From positions 1,760,001 through 1,824,000 of the forward strand of contig CBDBEV010000001.1 of assembly GCA_965204535.1 (NCBI GenBank): DNA of 64,000 bases, given 5' to 3'. Under the pieces are notes generated by a model. The model made no database searches. It was not told the origin of the DNA and saw nothing but the letters and a program-made list of their open reading frames with translations. Below, piece by piece: positions 39,367-49,772 of this stretch (its first letter is position 1; each line of letters begins with the position of its first letter). The position numbers and the translations under genes were made by a program. The DNA is from a bacterium (GTDB lineage: Bacteria > UBA8248).

Positions 39367-40149
39367 ATGCCGCAAATCAGCGTCTCGGGAGTCGACCTCC
39401 ACTACGTCGACGAGGGCGAGGGAAAACCCGTATTCTTTCTTCACGGGAACGCGGGTTCGGGGCGCGTGTGGCGAAAAATCACGCCCGAATTCAAAAAGAG
39501 CTACCGCGTCATCGCCCATGATCGCCAGGGGTTCGGTGATTCCGAGAAAAAAGAGAGCGGCGATTTCTCGCCGCGCGGATTCGCAGGGGAACTGGCGCGC
39601 CTGATGGACGCGCTCGATATCGAGCGGGCCCACGTCTGCGGCCTCTCGATGGGCGGCATGATCGCCCAGTGCTTCGCTCTCGATTACCCCGAGCGGGTGA
39701 ACGGGCTGGTGCTTGTGGGGACGATGCCGGACCGCACGGGGCGCAACGTCCCCGAGACGCTGGCCGAACTGGAACGGGACGGATGGCCCGCCGTCGCGGA
39801 GCGCCTCATCGACCACTGGTTCCGGCCGGGCAGCGATGAGGCGGACGTTGCCGAGGCGTATGAGATCGCCCTCCAGTCGCCGCAGAAATTCCGCGAACTC
39901 ACGGTCACCGCGCTCGGGACGTTCGACATCAAGGCGGAACTCCCCGGCATCGAGGCCCCGACGCTGATCCTGAACGGCGAGGCGGACGTCACCAACGTGA
40001 TGGGCCATGCGGAAATCATGAACGAGGGAATCCCGGGTTCGCGGCTCGTGAGGATTCCCGACTGCGGACACCTGATCCCGATTGAAAGGCCCGAGGCGTT
40101 CTGCCGGCACACGCTCGGGTTCCTGGCCGAGGTCGACGCCATGCCGTAG
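39367..40149 (+). CDS. Alpha/beta hydrolase (PcaD enol-lactonase-like)
   Basis: FLHG, DRQGFG, GLSMGG nucleophile elbow, GEAD, CGH. Confidence 0.85.
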   Translation: MPQISVSGVDLHYVDEGEGKPVFFLHGNAGSGRVWRKITPEFKKSYRVIAHDRQGFGDSEKKESGDFSPRGFAGELARLMDALDIERAHVCGLSMGGMIAQCFALDYPERVNGLVLVGTMPDRTGRNVPETLAELERDGWPAVAERLIDHWFRPGSDEADVAEAYEIALQSPQKFRELTVTALGTFDIKAELPGIEAPTLILNGEADVTNVMGHAEIMNEGIPGSRLVRIPDCGHLIPIERPEAFCRHTLGFLAEVDAMP

Positions 40150-40220
40150 CAAGAAAAAGGCGCTTTGAAGTTTCGGCCTCATACGAGTTGTCCCTGGCTT
40201 CACTCGCGGGGGAAGCGCAC

Positions 40221-40661
40221 GTGTTCCAGAACCATGACAGAGTCGCCTCCGTAATCTTCTTCTTTGCGACGACTTTCCTCTACTACCACGCCGGGAGCTT
40301 TCCCGAAGAGGCGGCCTTCTACCCGCGAATGGTCATCGGGTTGATGGTCATTCTCTCCGTCCTCATGTTCGTGAAGTCGTGGCTGAAAACCGGGCGGAGC
40401 AGGACCTTCGAGCCGTTCTTCATCCACCACAAGCGGTTCCTCCTGAGCACCCTCATGGCGCTGGGCTACATCGCGGGCGTTCAGTATCTCGGCTACTACA
40501 GCGCCTCGCTGGTTTTCATTCCCGCCGCGGCCTGGGCGCTGGGCTACCGGAACAGGTTCGTCATGGCGGGCACCACGGTCTGTTATCTCCTGTTCATCTT
40601 CGTGGTGTTCGACCAGCTATTCGACCGTCCGCTCACGCAGGAATTTTTCCTGCGCCACTAA
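40221..40661 (+). CDS. tctB: TctB-family small permease
   Basis: 4 TM helices, AFYP, LGYY, FDRPL; probable GTG start 40221. Confidence 0.8.
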   Translation: MFQNHDRVASVIFFFATTFLYYHAGSFPEEAAFYPRMVIGLMVILSVLMFVKSWLKTGRSRTFEPFFIHHKRFLLSTLMALGYIAGVQYLGYYSASLVFIPAAAWALGYRNRFVMAGTTVCYLLFIFVVFDQLFDRPLTQEFFLRH

Positions 40662-40728
40662 TGGGGAGTGAAAGCATGGCGCCTGAACACCGGTCTGACC
40701 CCAAAAGCCGGGCCAGGGGAATGAAACC

Positions 40729-42255
40729 TTGATCGAGCCATTTTATAATTCCCTGTGGGTCATCCTCGAGTGGCAGAACATCCTCGCCATGTTCGTGGGG
40801 GTGATCGGCGGCATCATCTTCGGCGCCATTCCGGGCCTGACGGCGACGATGGGCATCGCCCTCTTGATCCCCCTCACCTTCGGCATGTCGCCGCTCATGG
40901 CGCTGGGGATGATGGCCGGCATCCACAACGGCGGCTCCTACGGCGGCGCCATTCCCGCCGTCCTGCTGCGCATTCCGGGCACGCCGGGCGCCATCGCCAC
41001 CACGTTCGACGGCTACCCGATGGCCCAGCAGGGTCTCGCGGAGCGCGCCCTCAAGATCGCGTGCGTCTCCTCGGCGGTGGGCGGCATGGTGAGCGCCGTA
41101 TCGCTGATGACGCTCTCCCCGCCCCTTGCGGAATTCGCCCTGGCCTTCGGTCCGCCCGAGATCTTCTGGATCAGCCTGTTCGGCCTCTCCAGCATCGCCG
41201 TGCTGCTTGGCTCCGACCCCATCAAGGGTCTCATGGCGTCGTGCCTCGGACTGCTGCTGGGCATGGTGGGCCTCGATCACGTAACCGGTTATGAGCGATT
41301 CACCTTCGACACGCTCGAGCTTTCGGGCGGACTGCAGCTCATCGTCATCATGGTCGGGGTGTACGCGCTGCCGCCGGCGTTCCAGATGGCGGAGCGCGCC
41401 ATCATGACCGGCGTGAAATCCAAAGACTTGGAGTTCGAAGGCAAATCCGACATGGCGAACTGGCCGTGGATGCAGATTTTCCCCGCCTGGGTCCGCGCGA
41501 ACGTCATCGGGATCATCATCGGGATTCTCCCCGGCGTCGGGGGCGTCGTCGGCGCCTTCGTCGCCTACAACGAGACCAAGCGCTCATCGAAAGACCCGGA
41601 GAGCTTCGGCAAGGGAAACCCGGTGGGCGTCGCCGTGGCCGAGTGCGCCAACAACGCCGACAACGCCGCCGCCATGATACCCGCCCTCACGCTGGGGGTT
41701 CCCGGCAGCGGGCTGGCCGCACTGATACTGGCGGGCCTGCTCATCCACGGGCTCGAACCCGGCCCGCGCCTGTTCAAGGAAGCGCCAGACGTGGTGTACG
41801 GCTACATGTGGGCGATGCTGTTCACCTCGGCTTCCCTGTTCGTGTTCGGCGGCATCATCGCGACCAAGCTGTTCGCCAACATCCTGCGGCTGGCGCAGGT
41901 GCAGCTGATGCCGGTCATCATCGCGCTGACGGTGGTGGGCATCTATTCGTTCGAGAACAGCATCTTCAACGTCTACCTGATGCTGGGGTTCGGCCTGTTC
42001 GGCTACGCGATGGAGCGGCTGAAGTTCCCCATCGCCCCGCTCATTCTCGGCCTGATACTGGGGCCAAAAGTCGAGTTCAACTTAAGAGTCGCGCTCCGGT
42101 TGTCGCAGGATGACTGGTCGATCCTGTGGACGCGGCCGATCAGCATCGCGCTGATCATATTGACCGCGCTCGTCCTCGCGTATCCGCTGGTTTCCGCCCT
42201 CCTCCGCCGGAACAGGGAGGGGCCTGAGGAGGAGTTCGCCCTGGGAGAGGAATGA
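40729..42255 (+). CDS. tctA: TctA-family large permease
   Basis: GAIPGL, GGAIPAVLLRIPGTP, ECANNA, LTLGVPGS, PGP. Confidence 0.92.
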   Translation: MIEPFYNSLWVILEWQNILAMFVGVIGGIIFGAIPGLTATMGIALLIPLTFGMSPLMALGMMAGIHNGGSYGGAIPAVLLRIPGTPGAIATTFDGYPMAQQGLAERALKIACVSSAVGGMVSAVSLMTLSPPLAEFALAFGPPEIFWISLFGLSSIAVLLGSDPIKGLMASCLGLLLGMVGLDHVTGYERFTFDTLELSGGLQLIVIMVGVYALPPAFQMAERAIMTGVKSKDLEFEGKSDMANWPWMQIFPAWVRANVIGIIIGILPGVGGVVGAFVAYNETKRSSKDPESFGKGNPVGVAVAECANNADNAAAMIPALTLGVPGSGLAALILAGLLIHGLEPGPRLFKEAPDVVYGYMWAMLFTSASLFVFGGIIATKLFANILRLAQVQLMPVIIALTVVGIYSFENSIFNVYLMLGFGLFGYAMERLKFPIAPLILGLILGPKVEFNLRVALRLSQDDWSILWTRPISIALIILTALVLAYPLVSALLRRNREGPEEEFALGEE

Positions 42256-42284
42256 GCGGGGTGTCGGCTTAAAACAGGGAAAGG

Positions 42285-42857
42285 GGGGTTGTTGAAAAAG
42301 TCCCTCAAGGGGGAGTGGTTTCTCCCGAAGGTTTGTAGGGACAGGCCCCTGTGCCTGTCCGACGTCATGAGGTTGGATATAAACGACGGGCGGGCACGGG
42401 GGCCCGCCCCTACGAAAAATGTGGTTCTGTAGGGGTCAGACATATATGTCTGACTGTGTGTCCTCCCCCCGCACTCGGGATGAGGGTGTTTTTAGTTTTC
42501 CTCACCCTGAGTAGCCGCCGAAGGTCAAACGCGACTGAGAAAGGAGCGTTTGTATCGAAGGATGGAGGCGTCTCCCGGCCGGCGAGAGCAATCGCTTCCG
42601 CATTGGGCGCGATTGACCTTCGATACGCGGCTTCGCCGCTACTCAGGATGAGGCGGTGCGGTTTTGTTCGTCATTCCGGCGAAAGCCGGAATCCATTTGC
42701 GGATGCGCGTGAATACACGGCGGCGTTTCATTCCCCCGCTGATGCGCGGGAACCCTGACGAAAGGCAAAAGGCGTAAAAATGGATTCCGGCTTTCGCCGG
42801 AATGACGGGCAGAAGGCGAAAATCACGCCTTTCTACAGGGACTTTTTCAACAACCCC
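42285..42857. mobile_element. Composite MITE-like element packed with other repeat modules
   Basis: Perfect TIR GGGGTTGTTGAAAAAGTCCCT/AGGGACTTTTTCAACAACCCC enclosing REP-like, TCACCCTGAG-type and GTCATTCCGGCGAAAGCCGGAATCCA (42670-42695, inverted 42781-42806) modules. Confidence 0.75.
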
Positions 42858-43172
42858 GAACGGCGCGGGATTGACCCGGAAAATGTTTGTTTGTATACCG
42901 GTTGCATACTTTTCATTCATACTGAGGCGTCCTTCCCGGGTTTCAGGAAGGCCGGATTCCCGATGGCGAGGGTTTCACGGCGTCTTTGCGTTTCGCGCAA
43001 GTAAAACCCGGAGCCGAAACGACGCCTCCCGAATCGCGCCGATAACGAGCGCTCATAAAAAATTTTTGAGGGATTGCCGACAACGACGTTATTGAAAATT
43101 CAGAAAATTCGGGAAACGGAATTTTTCGGATTCCTTATCCGGTGAAACACAGACCACACAAAGGCGAAGCCG

Positions 43173-45095
43173 ATGCAGGATAGAGCCGAGGGCGTAGGAT
43201 CCCAGCACAGGAACCTCCCCGATATTCTGGCGAAGATCGTATTCGCCTTTGGAGCCTTGAGCACCGCGTTTCACCTCTACGTCCTCATGGTCCAGCCGAT
43301 TCAGCCCTGGATTTTGCGATCCTTTCACCTGACGTCATCGGGCATCCTCGTTTTCGCACTCATCCCCTGGAGAGCCGACAGGAAAAACGAAGGCCCCAAC
43401 CTCCTGGATTACTCCCTCGCCTTTCTCCTCGTCACGACGACCATCTTCCTCATCGTCGACTTCGACGAGATGCTCTACCGGGTCGGCGTCGACCCCAACA
43501 TCTACGACGTCATTTTCGCCACCATCACGTTCCTCGTCATCCTGGAGATGGGACGCCGCCTGCAGGGATACGTGCTGCCGATCCTCGCCCTCGTCTGCCT
43601 GGCCTATGCGCTGTGGGGCGACTACCTGCCGGGCCTGTGGGGCCACAGGGGCTATCCGTTCCCGCGCACCATCACGTATCTCTTCAGCCTGGAGGGAATC
43701 TTCGGGCCTCCGCTGGCGGCCTCTTCCACCTTCATCATCCTCTTCATCCTCTTCGGCTCCGCTCTTCAGAGCTCGGGCGCGGGGCGATTGTTCATCGATA
43801 CCTCTCTGGCCATCGCGGGCGGCGCGAGAGGCGGGCCGGCCAAGGTGGCGGTCTTCGCCAGCAGCCTGTTCGGCACGATGTCCGGCAGTTCGGTGACGAA
43901 CGTGGTGACGACCGGCACCTTCACCATCCCCCTGATGAAGAGCATCGGCTATCGACCCGCCTTCGCGGGCGCCGTCGAGACCGTCGCCTCCACCGGCGGG
44001 CAACTCATGCCTCCCGTCATGGGCGTCACGGCGTTCGTGATGGCCGAGGTGACCGGCATCCCCTACCTCAAGATCGCAGCAGCAGGCCTCATACCGGCCA
44101 TTCTCTTCTACGTGGCCGTCTATTTCATGATCGGCGTCGAAGCGAAAAACTTAGGGCTTAGCGGTTTGCCCAGGAGTGAACTCCCGCGCCTGTGGGACGT
44201 CCTGCGCCAGAACGGCCACCTGCTTCTGCCCATCTTCGTCCTCATCTACTTCCTGGTCTACGTGCGCGTCTCGCCGATGAAATCGGCCTTTTACGCCATC
44301 GGTGCGGCGGTGGTCGCCAGCTGGCTCCGGCAGGAGACGCGTATGGGGGCGAAACGGGTGGCCGAGGCGCTCTACCGGACGATGGAGGGCGCTATCCACG
44401 TGGCGACGCCCAGCGCCCTGGCGGGCGTGGTCGTGGGCGTCCTGTCTCTCACGGGGCTGGGGCTCAAGGTCACGGACCTGTTGCTCTCCTACGTGGGCGA
44501 CAGCAAGATGCTGGGGCTCCTCGCCGTCATGCTGGTCTCCATCGTCCTGGGGATGGGCGTGCCTACGGTCGCCGCCTACCTCGTCGCCGCAGCCGCCGCC
44601 GGTCCCGCCCTCGTGAAACTGGGGTTTCCGCTCTTGAGCGCGCACATGTTCATTTTCTACTACGCCGTCCTGGCCACCATGACACCCCCCGTGGCGGCTT
44701 CCGCCTTCGCCGCGGGCGCGCTCGCAGGCGCCCACCCCATGCAGGTCGGCTTCATGGCGGTGCGGCTCGGGATCGCCGCTTACATCGTCCCGTTCCTGTT
44801 CGTCTACGGGGATTCGCTCCTGATGCAGGGCTCCTGGGGAGGCATCGCGATGGCGGTCGGCACGGCGCTTTTCGGCGTCTATGCCCTGGCGAGATGCGTC
44901 ATCGACCAGGGAATCGCCCTGTGGCGCAGGGGTGTGCTGGGGGTGGCGGCCCTGCTGCTGATCCTGACCGGCGGCCTGACGGACATCATCGGCCTCGTCG
45001 TGCTCGGCCTGGGGCTGGGGGGCGACCTTCTCGCCTGGTTCCAGAAGATTCGCAGCGGGAAGCAAAAAGAGGACACACTTGAGGAGAGCACATAA
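43173..45095 (+). CDS. TRAP transporter fused 4TM/12TM permease
   Basis: 640 aa; GGPAKVAV..S...GT.SGS, ASTGGQLMPPVMG, LGMGVPT, TPPVA. Confidence 0.92.
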   Translation: MQDRAEGVGSQHRNLPDILAKIVFAFGALSTAFHLYVLMVQPIQPWILRSFHLTSSGILVFALIPWRADRKNEGPNLLDYSLAFLLVTTTIFLIVDFDEMLYRVGVDPNIYDVIFATITFLVILEMGRRLQGYVLPILALVCLAYALWGDYLPGLWGHRGYPFPRTITYLFSLEGIFGPPLAASSTFIILFILFGSALQSSGAGRLFIDTSLAIAGGARGGPAKVAVFASSLFGTMSGSSVTNVVTTGTFTIPLMKSIGYRPAFAGAVETVASTGGQLMPPVMGVTAFVMAEVTGIPYLKIAAAGLIPAILFYVAVYFMIGVEAKNLGLSGLPRSELPRLWDVLRQNGHLLLPIFVLIYFLVYVRVSPMKSAFYAIGAAVVASWLRQETRMGAKRVAEALYRTMEGAIHVATPSALAGVVVGVLSLTGLGLKVTDLLLSYVGDSKMLGLLAVMLVSIVLGMGVPTVAAYLVAAAAAGPALVKLGFPLLSAHMFIFYYAVLATMTPPVAASAFAAGALAGAHPMQVGFMAVRLGIAAYIVPFLFVYGDSLLMQGSWGGIAMAVGTALFGVYALARCVIDQGIALWRRGVLGVAALLLILTGGLTDIIGLVVLGLGLGGDLLAWFQKIRSGKQKEDTLEEST

Positions 45096-45152
45096 ACGCA
45101 GGTTTTCACGTGAACCTGGCAGCCTGTCAATCTCACACAGAGGAGAAAGGCC

Positions 45153-46160
45153 ATGAAACTCACCCGCAAGCAGATTCAACCCGTGGTTATTGCGATCATC
45201 GCCGCCTTCGCCTTCGGAGTCGCGTTGTCCGCTCCCGCCGAGGGGGCGAGAAAAGACTGGCCCAAACGCATCACCATCGGCGGCGGGCCGCTTCAGGGAA
45301 CCATCCAGTTCCAGGCGCTGGGCTGGTCCAGCGTGCTGAACAAGGTCTTGAAGCTCAACTCCTCGGTGGAGTCCACGGCCGGTGCCACGGTGAACGCGAG
45401 GCTCATCAGCCAGGGCAGGCAGGACTTCGGCTTCGGGACGAGTTCGAGCATCTCCGACGCCGCCTATCATGGCAGGGGCTTCGCCAAAGGAAAGCGCTAC
45501 AAGAACCTCCGCATCATGTCGCCGGTCGACAGCTCGGGCGTGCAGTTCTGGACGCCTGCGAAAAGCCCCATCATGAAGGCCGAGGACATCCAGGGAAGAC
45601 GCCTCAACATCAGCCGTCCGGGCAGCGGCGTGGACCGCTTCGGGCGCAACCTCATGAAGGTGGTCGGCTTAAAGCCCAGCCAGGTGACCAACGTGGGCCA
45701 CGGCCAGGCGAACCGCATGATGCAGGACGGCATTCTGGACGTCGCCGCCACGATCGGCGCGCCGCCCCATCCCGCCGTCGCCTCCATCACCTCCCAGCTT
45801 CCTTTCCGCGTGTTCGGGCTCGGGCACGGGAAGTGGGCGGAGATGATGCTGGCGAAATACCCGTTCTACGTGAAGACGGCGATCGTCGGCGGCATGTACA
45901 AGGGGAACCCGAAGCCCGTCAAGACCATCGGGCAGACGAACTGGCTCGGCTCGGGCGCGCACGTGCCGAACGACCTCGTGTATGAGGTGGTGAAGGCGAC
46001 ATTCGCGAACAAGAAGGACCTGGTGCTCGCCCACAGGTCGTGGGAAGCCCTGGACATCAACAAGATGACGAAGGCGAACATCCCCGTGCACCCGGGCGCG
46101 ATTCGCTATTACAAGGAGAAGGGAATCAAACTGCCCGAATCGGCCATGATGGCAAAGTAA
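45153..46160 (+). CDS. TAXI-family TRAP solute-binding subunit
   Basis: Signal peptide, STAGATVN, PGSG, PVHPGAIRYYKE. Confidence 0.92.
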   Translation: MKLTRKQIQPVVIAIIAAFAFGVALSAPAEGARKDWPKRITIGGGPLQGTIQFQALGWSSVLNKVLKLNSSVESTAGATVNARLISQGRQDFGFGTSSSISDAAYHGRGFAKGKRYKNLRIMSPVDSSGVQFWTPAKSPIMKAEDIQGRRLNISRPGSGVDRFGRNLMKVVGLKPSQVTNVGHGQANRMMQDGILDVAATIGAPPHPAVASITSQLPFRVFGLGHGKWAEMMLAKYPFYVKTAIVGGMYKGNPKPVKTIGQTNWLGSGAHVPNDLVYEVVKATFANKKDLVLAHRSWEALDINKMTKANIPVHPGAIRYYKEKGIKLPESAMMAK

Positions 46161-46176
46161 AGAGCCGCTTTGGTAC

Positions 46177-46557
46177 GGGGTTGTTGAAAAAGCCCCTCGG
46201 GGTGTGAGGGAATCCCGATCATCGGATTGTTCACCGTAGCGGACAGGCCCCTGCGCCTGTCCGTGGCCCCCGTGCCTGTCCTGACGAAGGACAACCACGG
46301 GAATAGACATCTTCGATAAGGGCGGCCACGGGGGGCCGCCCCTGGAAAAGCAACCCCCCCTACCCCCCCTTGACAGGGGGGTATAAAAAGGCGACGCCCC
46401 CCAACGAGGAGGGTAGAAAAAAACCTGACAAAGGGGGTATGAAAAGGCAACACCCGCCGCCGGCAGAGGGGCTTTTGTTTTTTCTTGCCCCCCTGACAAG
46501 GGGGGGTAGGGGGGGTTGCCTTTATCCCCTGAGGAGGGGAACTTTTTCAACAACCCC
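46177..46557. mobile_element. MITE-like element with IS1182-type TIRs
   Basis: GGGGTTGTTGAAAAAG...CTTTTTCAACAACCCC enclosing REP-like and G/C hairpin modules. Confidence 0.75.
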
Positions 46558-46572
46558 AGAAAGGAAAGGATA

Positions 46573-48768
46573 GTGCGTCTCCCGGATTGGACGATACAGA
46601 ACTGGACGGATGAGTTGGGCTTCGCCGAGGTCGACCCCGCCGCCGATGCGGTGGCGGGCGAGTTCGGCACGTGGCGGATCCGCTACACGGTGGGCCGCTG
46701 GGGGATAGACGAGCGCGGCTCCATCAAGGTCGCCTTCCGGCAGGTGAGCAACTGGGGCGCGCCGCAGTTCGACGACCCCGAGGGGGAGAACTACACCACG
46801 GTCCGGCTCCATTCCGATTCCGAAGCGGTGCTCGCACCCAGGTTCGAGAGGCGGGGCTACATCCGCCACTGGCGGCAGGCGCTTACCATCGACGTTCTGG
46901 ACGGGTGTCTCTGGGAAGGCGACAGCATCGAGATCGTCCTGGGCGATACGAGTCAGGGAAGCCCCGGCCTAAAGGCGCAGACCTTCAGCGAGAGCAATTT
47001 CGAGTTCAAGATTTTCGTCGACCCCTTCGGCGCGGGGAATTTTCAGCCCCTGCCGCAATCCCCGACGCTCCGGATCAAAGGAGGAGAGGCGCGCCGCCTC
47101 GTCGCCATCATGACTTCAGAAGCCGCCGTCGGCGAAAAGGGATGGCTGCTCGTGAAGGCGGAAGACAGACACGGGAACATCGCGGAAGGCTGCGCCGAGG
47201 AGATTTCTCTCGAAGCCGAGGGCGCGAATCTGGGCCTTCCCGAGGGGTTGCGTTTCGATGCAGACGGGCTCGCGCTGATAAGGACGGGGGAGATTTCATT
47301 CGGGAGCGAGGGCGTGGCGCGCATTCGTGTGAAAGACAGCGCGGGACGCGAGGCGCTCACGAACCCCGTCGTGGTGCGCGAGCGGATAGACGGCCCCCGC
47401 CTGCACTGGGGGGATTTTCACGGGGGCCAGACCGCCGGCACGGTGGGCGTCAACAGCTTCGAGGAATTCTACCGCTTCGCCCGGGACGCGGGCGCGCTCG
47501 AGTTCACCACCCATCAGGGAAACTGTTTCGAGGTGACGAACGAGGACATGGAGGAACTGAAAGAGAAGACCCGCGCCTTCCACGAGCCGGGCCGCTTCGT
47601 CCCCTTCCTGGGCTATGAGTGGTCGGGAACCACCCCGATGGGCGGGGATCACGCCATATTCTTCTTCGATGAAGAGAACGCGATCCACCGCTGCTCCCAC
47701 TGGCTACAGACGGATCTCTCGGACGCCGATACGGATCGCGACCACATCACCAGGCTCCATGCGCAACTGCGAGGCGGGGGAGCGCTGAGCCTTCCCCACG
47801 TGGGCGGGCGTCCGGCGAATCTCGCCTTTCACGACTCCGAACTCGAACCCGTCATCGAGATCCACTCCAAACACGGTATGTTCGAGTGGATGCTCGAGGA
47901 ATCCATCGAGCGGAACATGAAGGTGGGCTTCGTCGGCGGGAGCGACGACCACTACGGCCAGCCCGGCGCCTGTTATCCGAGCGAGGACGTGAGCCATTTC
48001 GCCGCGCGCAACGGCCTGACGGCGCTCTACGCCGGTGAGCTGACGCGGGAATCCATCTGGGCCGACATCAAGGCGCGCCGCTGCTACGCCACGAGCGGCG
48101 AGCGGATTTACCTGCGCTTCACCGTGAACGATAGGTGGATGGGAGAGGAGATCGAGGCGGCCGGGCCCCCGAGAATTTCGGTCGAAGCCGTGGGAACGGG
48201 CCCCATCGAGCGGATCGAGGTGTTCCGCGGGATGACGCGGGTTCATACCGAGAAAATCGCACAGGATCGGGCGGGCAATTGGCTTCGCGTTCTGTTCTCA
48301 GGCGCCAGGGTGCGCGGACGGGGGCGCTCCACCCTGTGGGACGGGCGGCTATCTTTAAGCGAAGCGCGAATCCTTGAAGTCGATCCCGTCGCGCTCGTAG
48401 ATAACCGAGACCGGCTCGACCCAAGCGCGGAATCGGGGGTCTCCTGGAGTCTCTACACAGCGGGAGATTCCCGGGGGTTCAACCTCGAACTGGACGGCGA
48501 TGCGGGCGAGATGGATATCAGCACGGAACACGCGGAACTTCGGGGGAGAATCCGGGACTTTCTCGATAACCCCGCCATGGCGGACGCCGGAAGGCTCGGC
48601 CAGCGGATTGAAGTCGGAAGAACACCTTCGACGGACGGCCCCTGGGAGGCGCGCTTCGAGTATACCGACGACGATGCGCCTTCGGGTCTCAACACCTATT
48701 GGGTCCGGGTGGTTCAGGTGGATCAGGAAAAAGCCTGGAGCAGTCCCGTGTGGGTGAATCTCGCATAA
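46573..48768 (+). CDS. DUF3604-domain (PHP-like metal-binding) protein
   Basis: WGDFH, GYEWSG, PHVGG, EIHSKHG, GGSDDH.G.PG, RRCYATSG, AWSSPVWV; GTG start 46573 after AAGGA. Confidence 0.8.
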   Translation: MRLPDWTIQNWTDELGFAEVDPAADAVAGEFGTWRIRYTVGRWGIDERGSIKVAFRQVSNWGAPQFDDPEGENYTTVRLHSDSEAVLAPRFERRGYIRHWRQALTIDVLDGCLWEGDSIEIVLGDTSQGSPGLKAQTFSESNFEFKIFVDPFGAGNFQPLPQSPTLRIKGGEARRLVAIMTSEAAVGEKGWLLVKAEDRHGNIAEGCAEEISLEAEGANLGLPEGLRFDADGLALIRTGEISFGSEGVARIRVKDSAGREALTNPVVVRERIDGPRLHWGDFHGGQTAGTVGVNSFEEFYRFARDAGALEFTTHQGNCFEVTNEDMEELKEKTRAFHEPGRFVPFLGYEWSGTTPMGGDHAIFFFDEENAIHRCSHWLQTDLSDADTDRDHITRLHAQLRGGGALSLPHVGGRPANLAFHDSELEPVIEIHSKHGMFEWMLEESIERNMKVGFVGGSDDHYGQPGACYPSEDVSHFAARNGLTALYAGELTRESIWADIKARRCYATSGERIYLRFTVNDRWMGEEIEAAGPPRISVEAVGTGPIERIEVFRGMTRVHTEKIAQDRAGNWLRVLFSGARVRGRGRSTLWDGRLSLSEARILEVDPVALVDNRDRLDPSAESGVSWSLYTAGDSRGFNLELDGDAGEMDISTEHAELRGRIRDFLDNPAMADAGRLGQRIEVGRTPSTDGPWEARFEYTDDDAPSGLNTYWVRVVQVDQEKAWSSPVWVNLA

Positions 48769-48812
48769 AATGATGTGGTTTAACCAAGTATGTATCTTGT
48801 GAGGAGAGCGAA

Positions 48813-49691
48813 ATGTGCACCATAGGCGCCGTCGCGACGGCTGACTCAGACGGCAATCCCGTCGCCTTCGCGCTCAAGAATTCGGACTACATGCAGGTCG
48901 GCCACTGGCACGGCTGCATCACCGGAGGGGCGGGCCATGACTTCATGGGCTTCAACACGGCCTCGCGGCCCGGCGTGAACTCCGGCATGAACGAGAAGGG
49001 CCTGGCCGTCATCCGCTCTTTTCTGGACTACCGGGGGCCTTTCGATGAAAAAGACGAACCTGTGAAGGAACAAAAAGACTTCCCGCTCGACGTCGACCGC
49101 CGCAGCGCCATCGCCGCGGGCCTTCTGGAAATCTACGAGACCGTCGAGGAGACGCTCCTCTACCTGCACGACGTGATCCCCAAACACACGGGCAAAGGCA
49201 CCGGACAGCGCGGCGGAAATTTTCTGCTCGCCGACGCGACGGGCAAGGTCGCCGTGCTGGAGCACTGCGAGGACAGAATCGAATCCCGCGTCTATCCGGA
49301 AGGATTCTCGGCGCGCGGGAACAACGGGCGCCTCATCCTCCTGGGCGAGCAGGCCCGGCTGCCCGAACAGGTGCGAGAGGACAGGGAGACGCGCTGCGAT
49401 TACATGCAGACCGCACTGGAGAGGCTTCACGAATCCATCCCCCAAGGGATGAGCAAGGCGGAGGCGCTCGATAGCCTGAAAAGAACCCTCGCCTGGAAAG
49501 GCCCCGAAGGGGACGGGGGCGTGGGTTCGATCTGCGCGGTGGATTTACGCGCCCCCGGAGCGCGGACGAACAGCGCGCAGCCGTGTTCGACGCGCACCGC
49601 CGTCATCTTCGACCTGATAGAGAAAACCATGCACTTCACGCGGGGAAATCCCGACCGATTCCCCTGGGAGACGATGTGCTTCCCCACATGA
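48813..49691 (+). CDS. N-terminal-nucleophile (Cys) hydrolase, C45/choloylglycine-hydrolase-like
   Basis: Starts MCT; KNSD, GMNEKGLAV, NFLLADATG. Confidence 0.7.
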   Translation: MCTIGAVATADSDGNPVAFALKNSDYMQVGHWHGCITGGAGHDFMGFNTASRPGVNSGMNEKGLAVIRSFLDYRGPFDEKDEPVKEQKDFPLDVDRRSAIAAGLLEIYETVEETLLYLHDVIPKHTGKGTGQRGGNFLLADATGKVAVLEHCEDRIESRVYPEGFSARGNNGRLILLGEQARLPEQVREDRETRCDYMQTALERLHESIPQGMSKAEALDSLKRTLAWKGPEGDGGVGSICAVDLRAPGARTNSAQPCSTRTAVIFDLIEKTMHFTRGNPDRFPWETMCFPT

Positions 49692-49772
49692 AGATGATGG
49701 AATTCAACCGCTCCAACCACACCCCGGAAAGAAACGCGAACGCGCCGGGGCCGTCCTGAGAGGAAGATTTTC

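Noticed and set aside
42871-42899. Sigma70 promoter TTGACC-17-TATACC for the TRAP operon
   Set aside because: The -10 lacks the conserved final T and lies about 270 nt from the start; too weak to call
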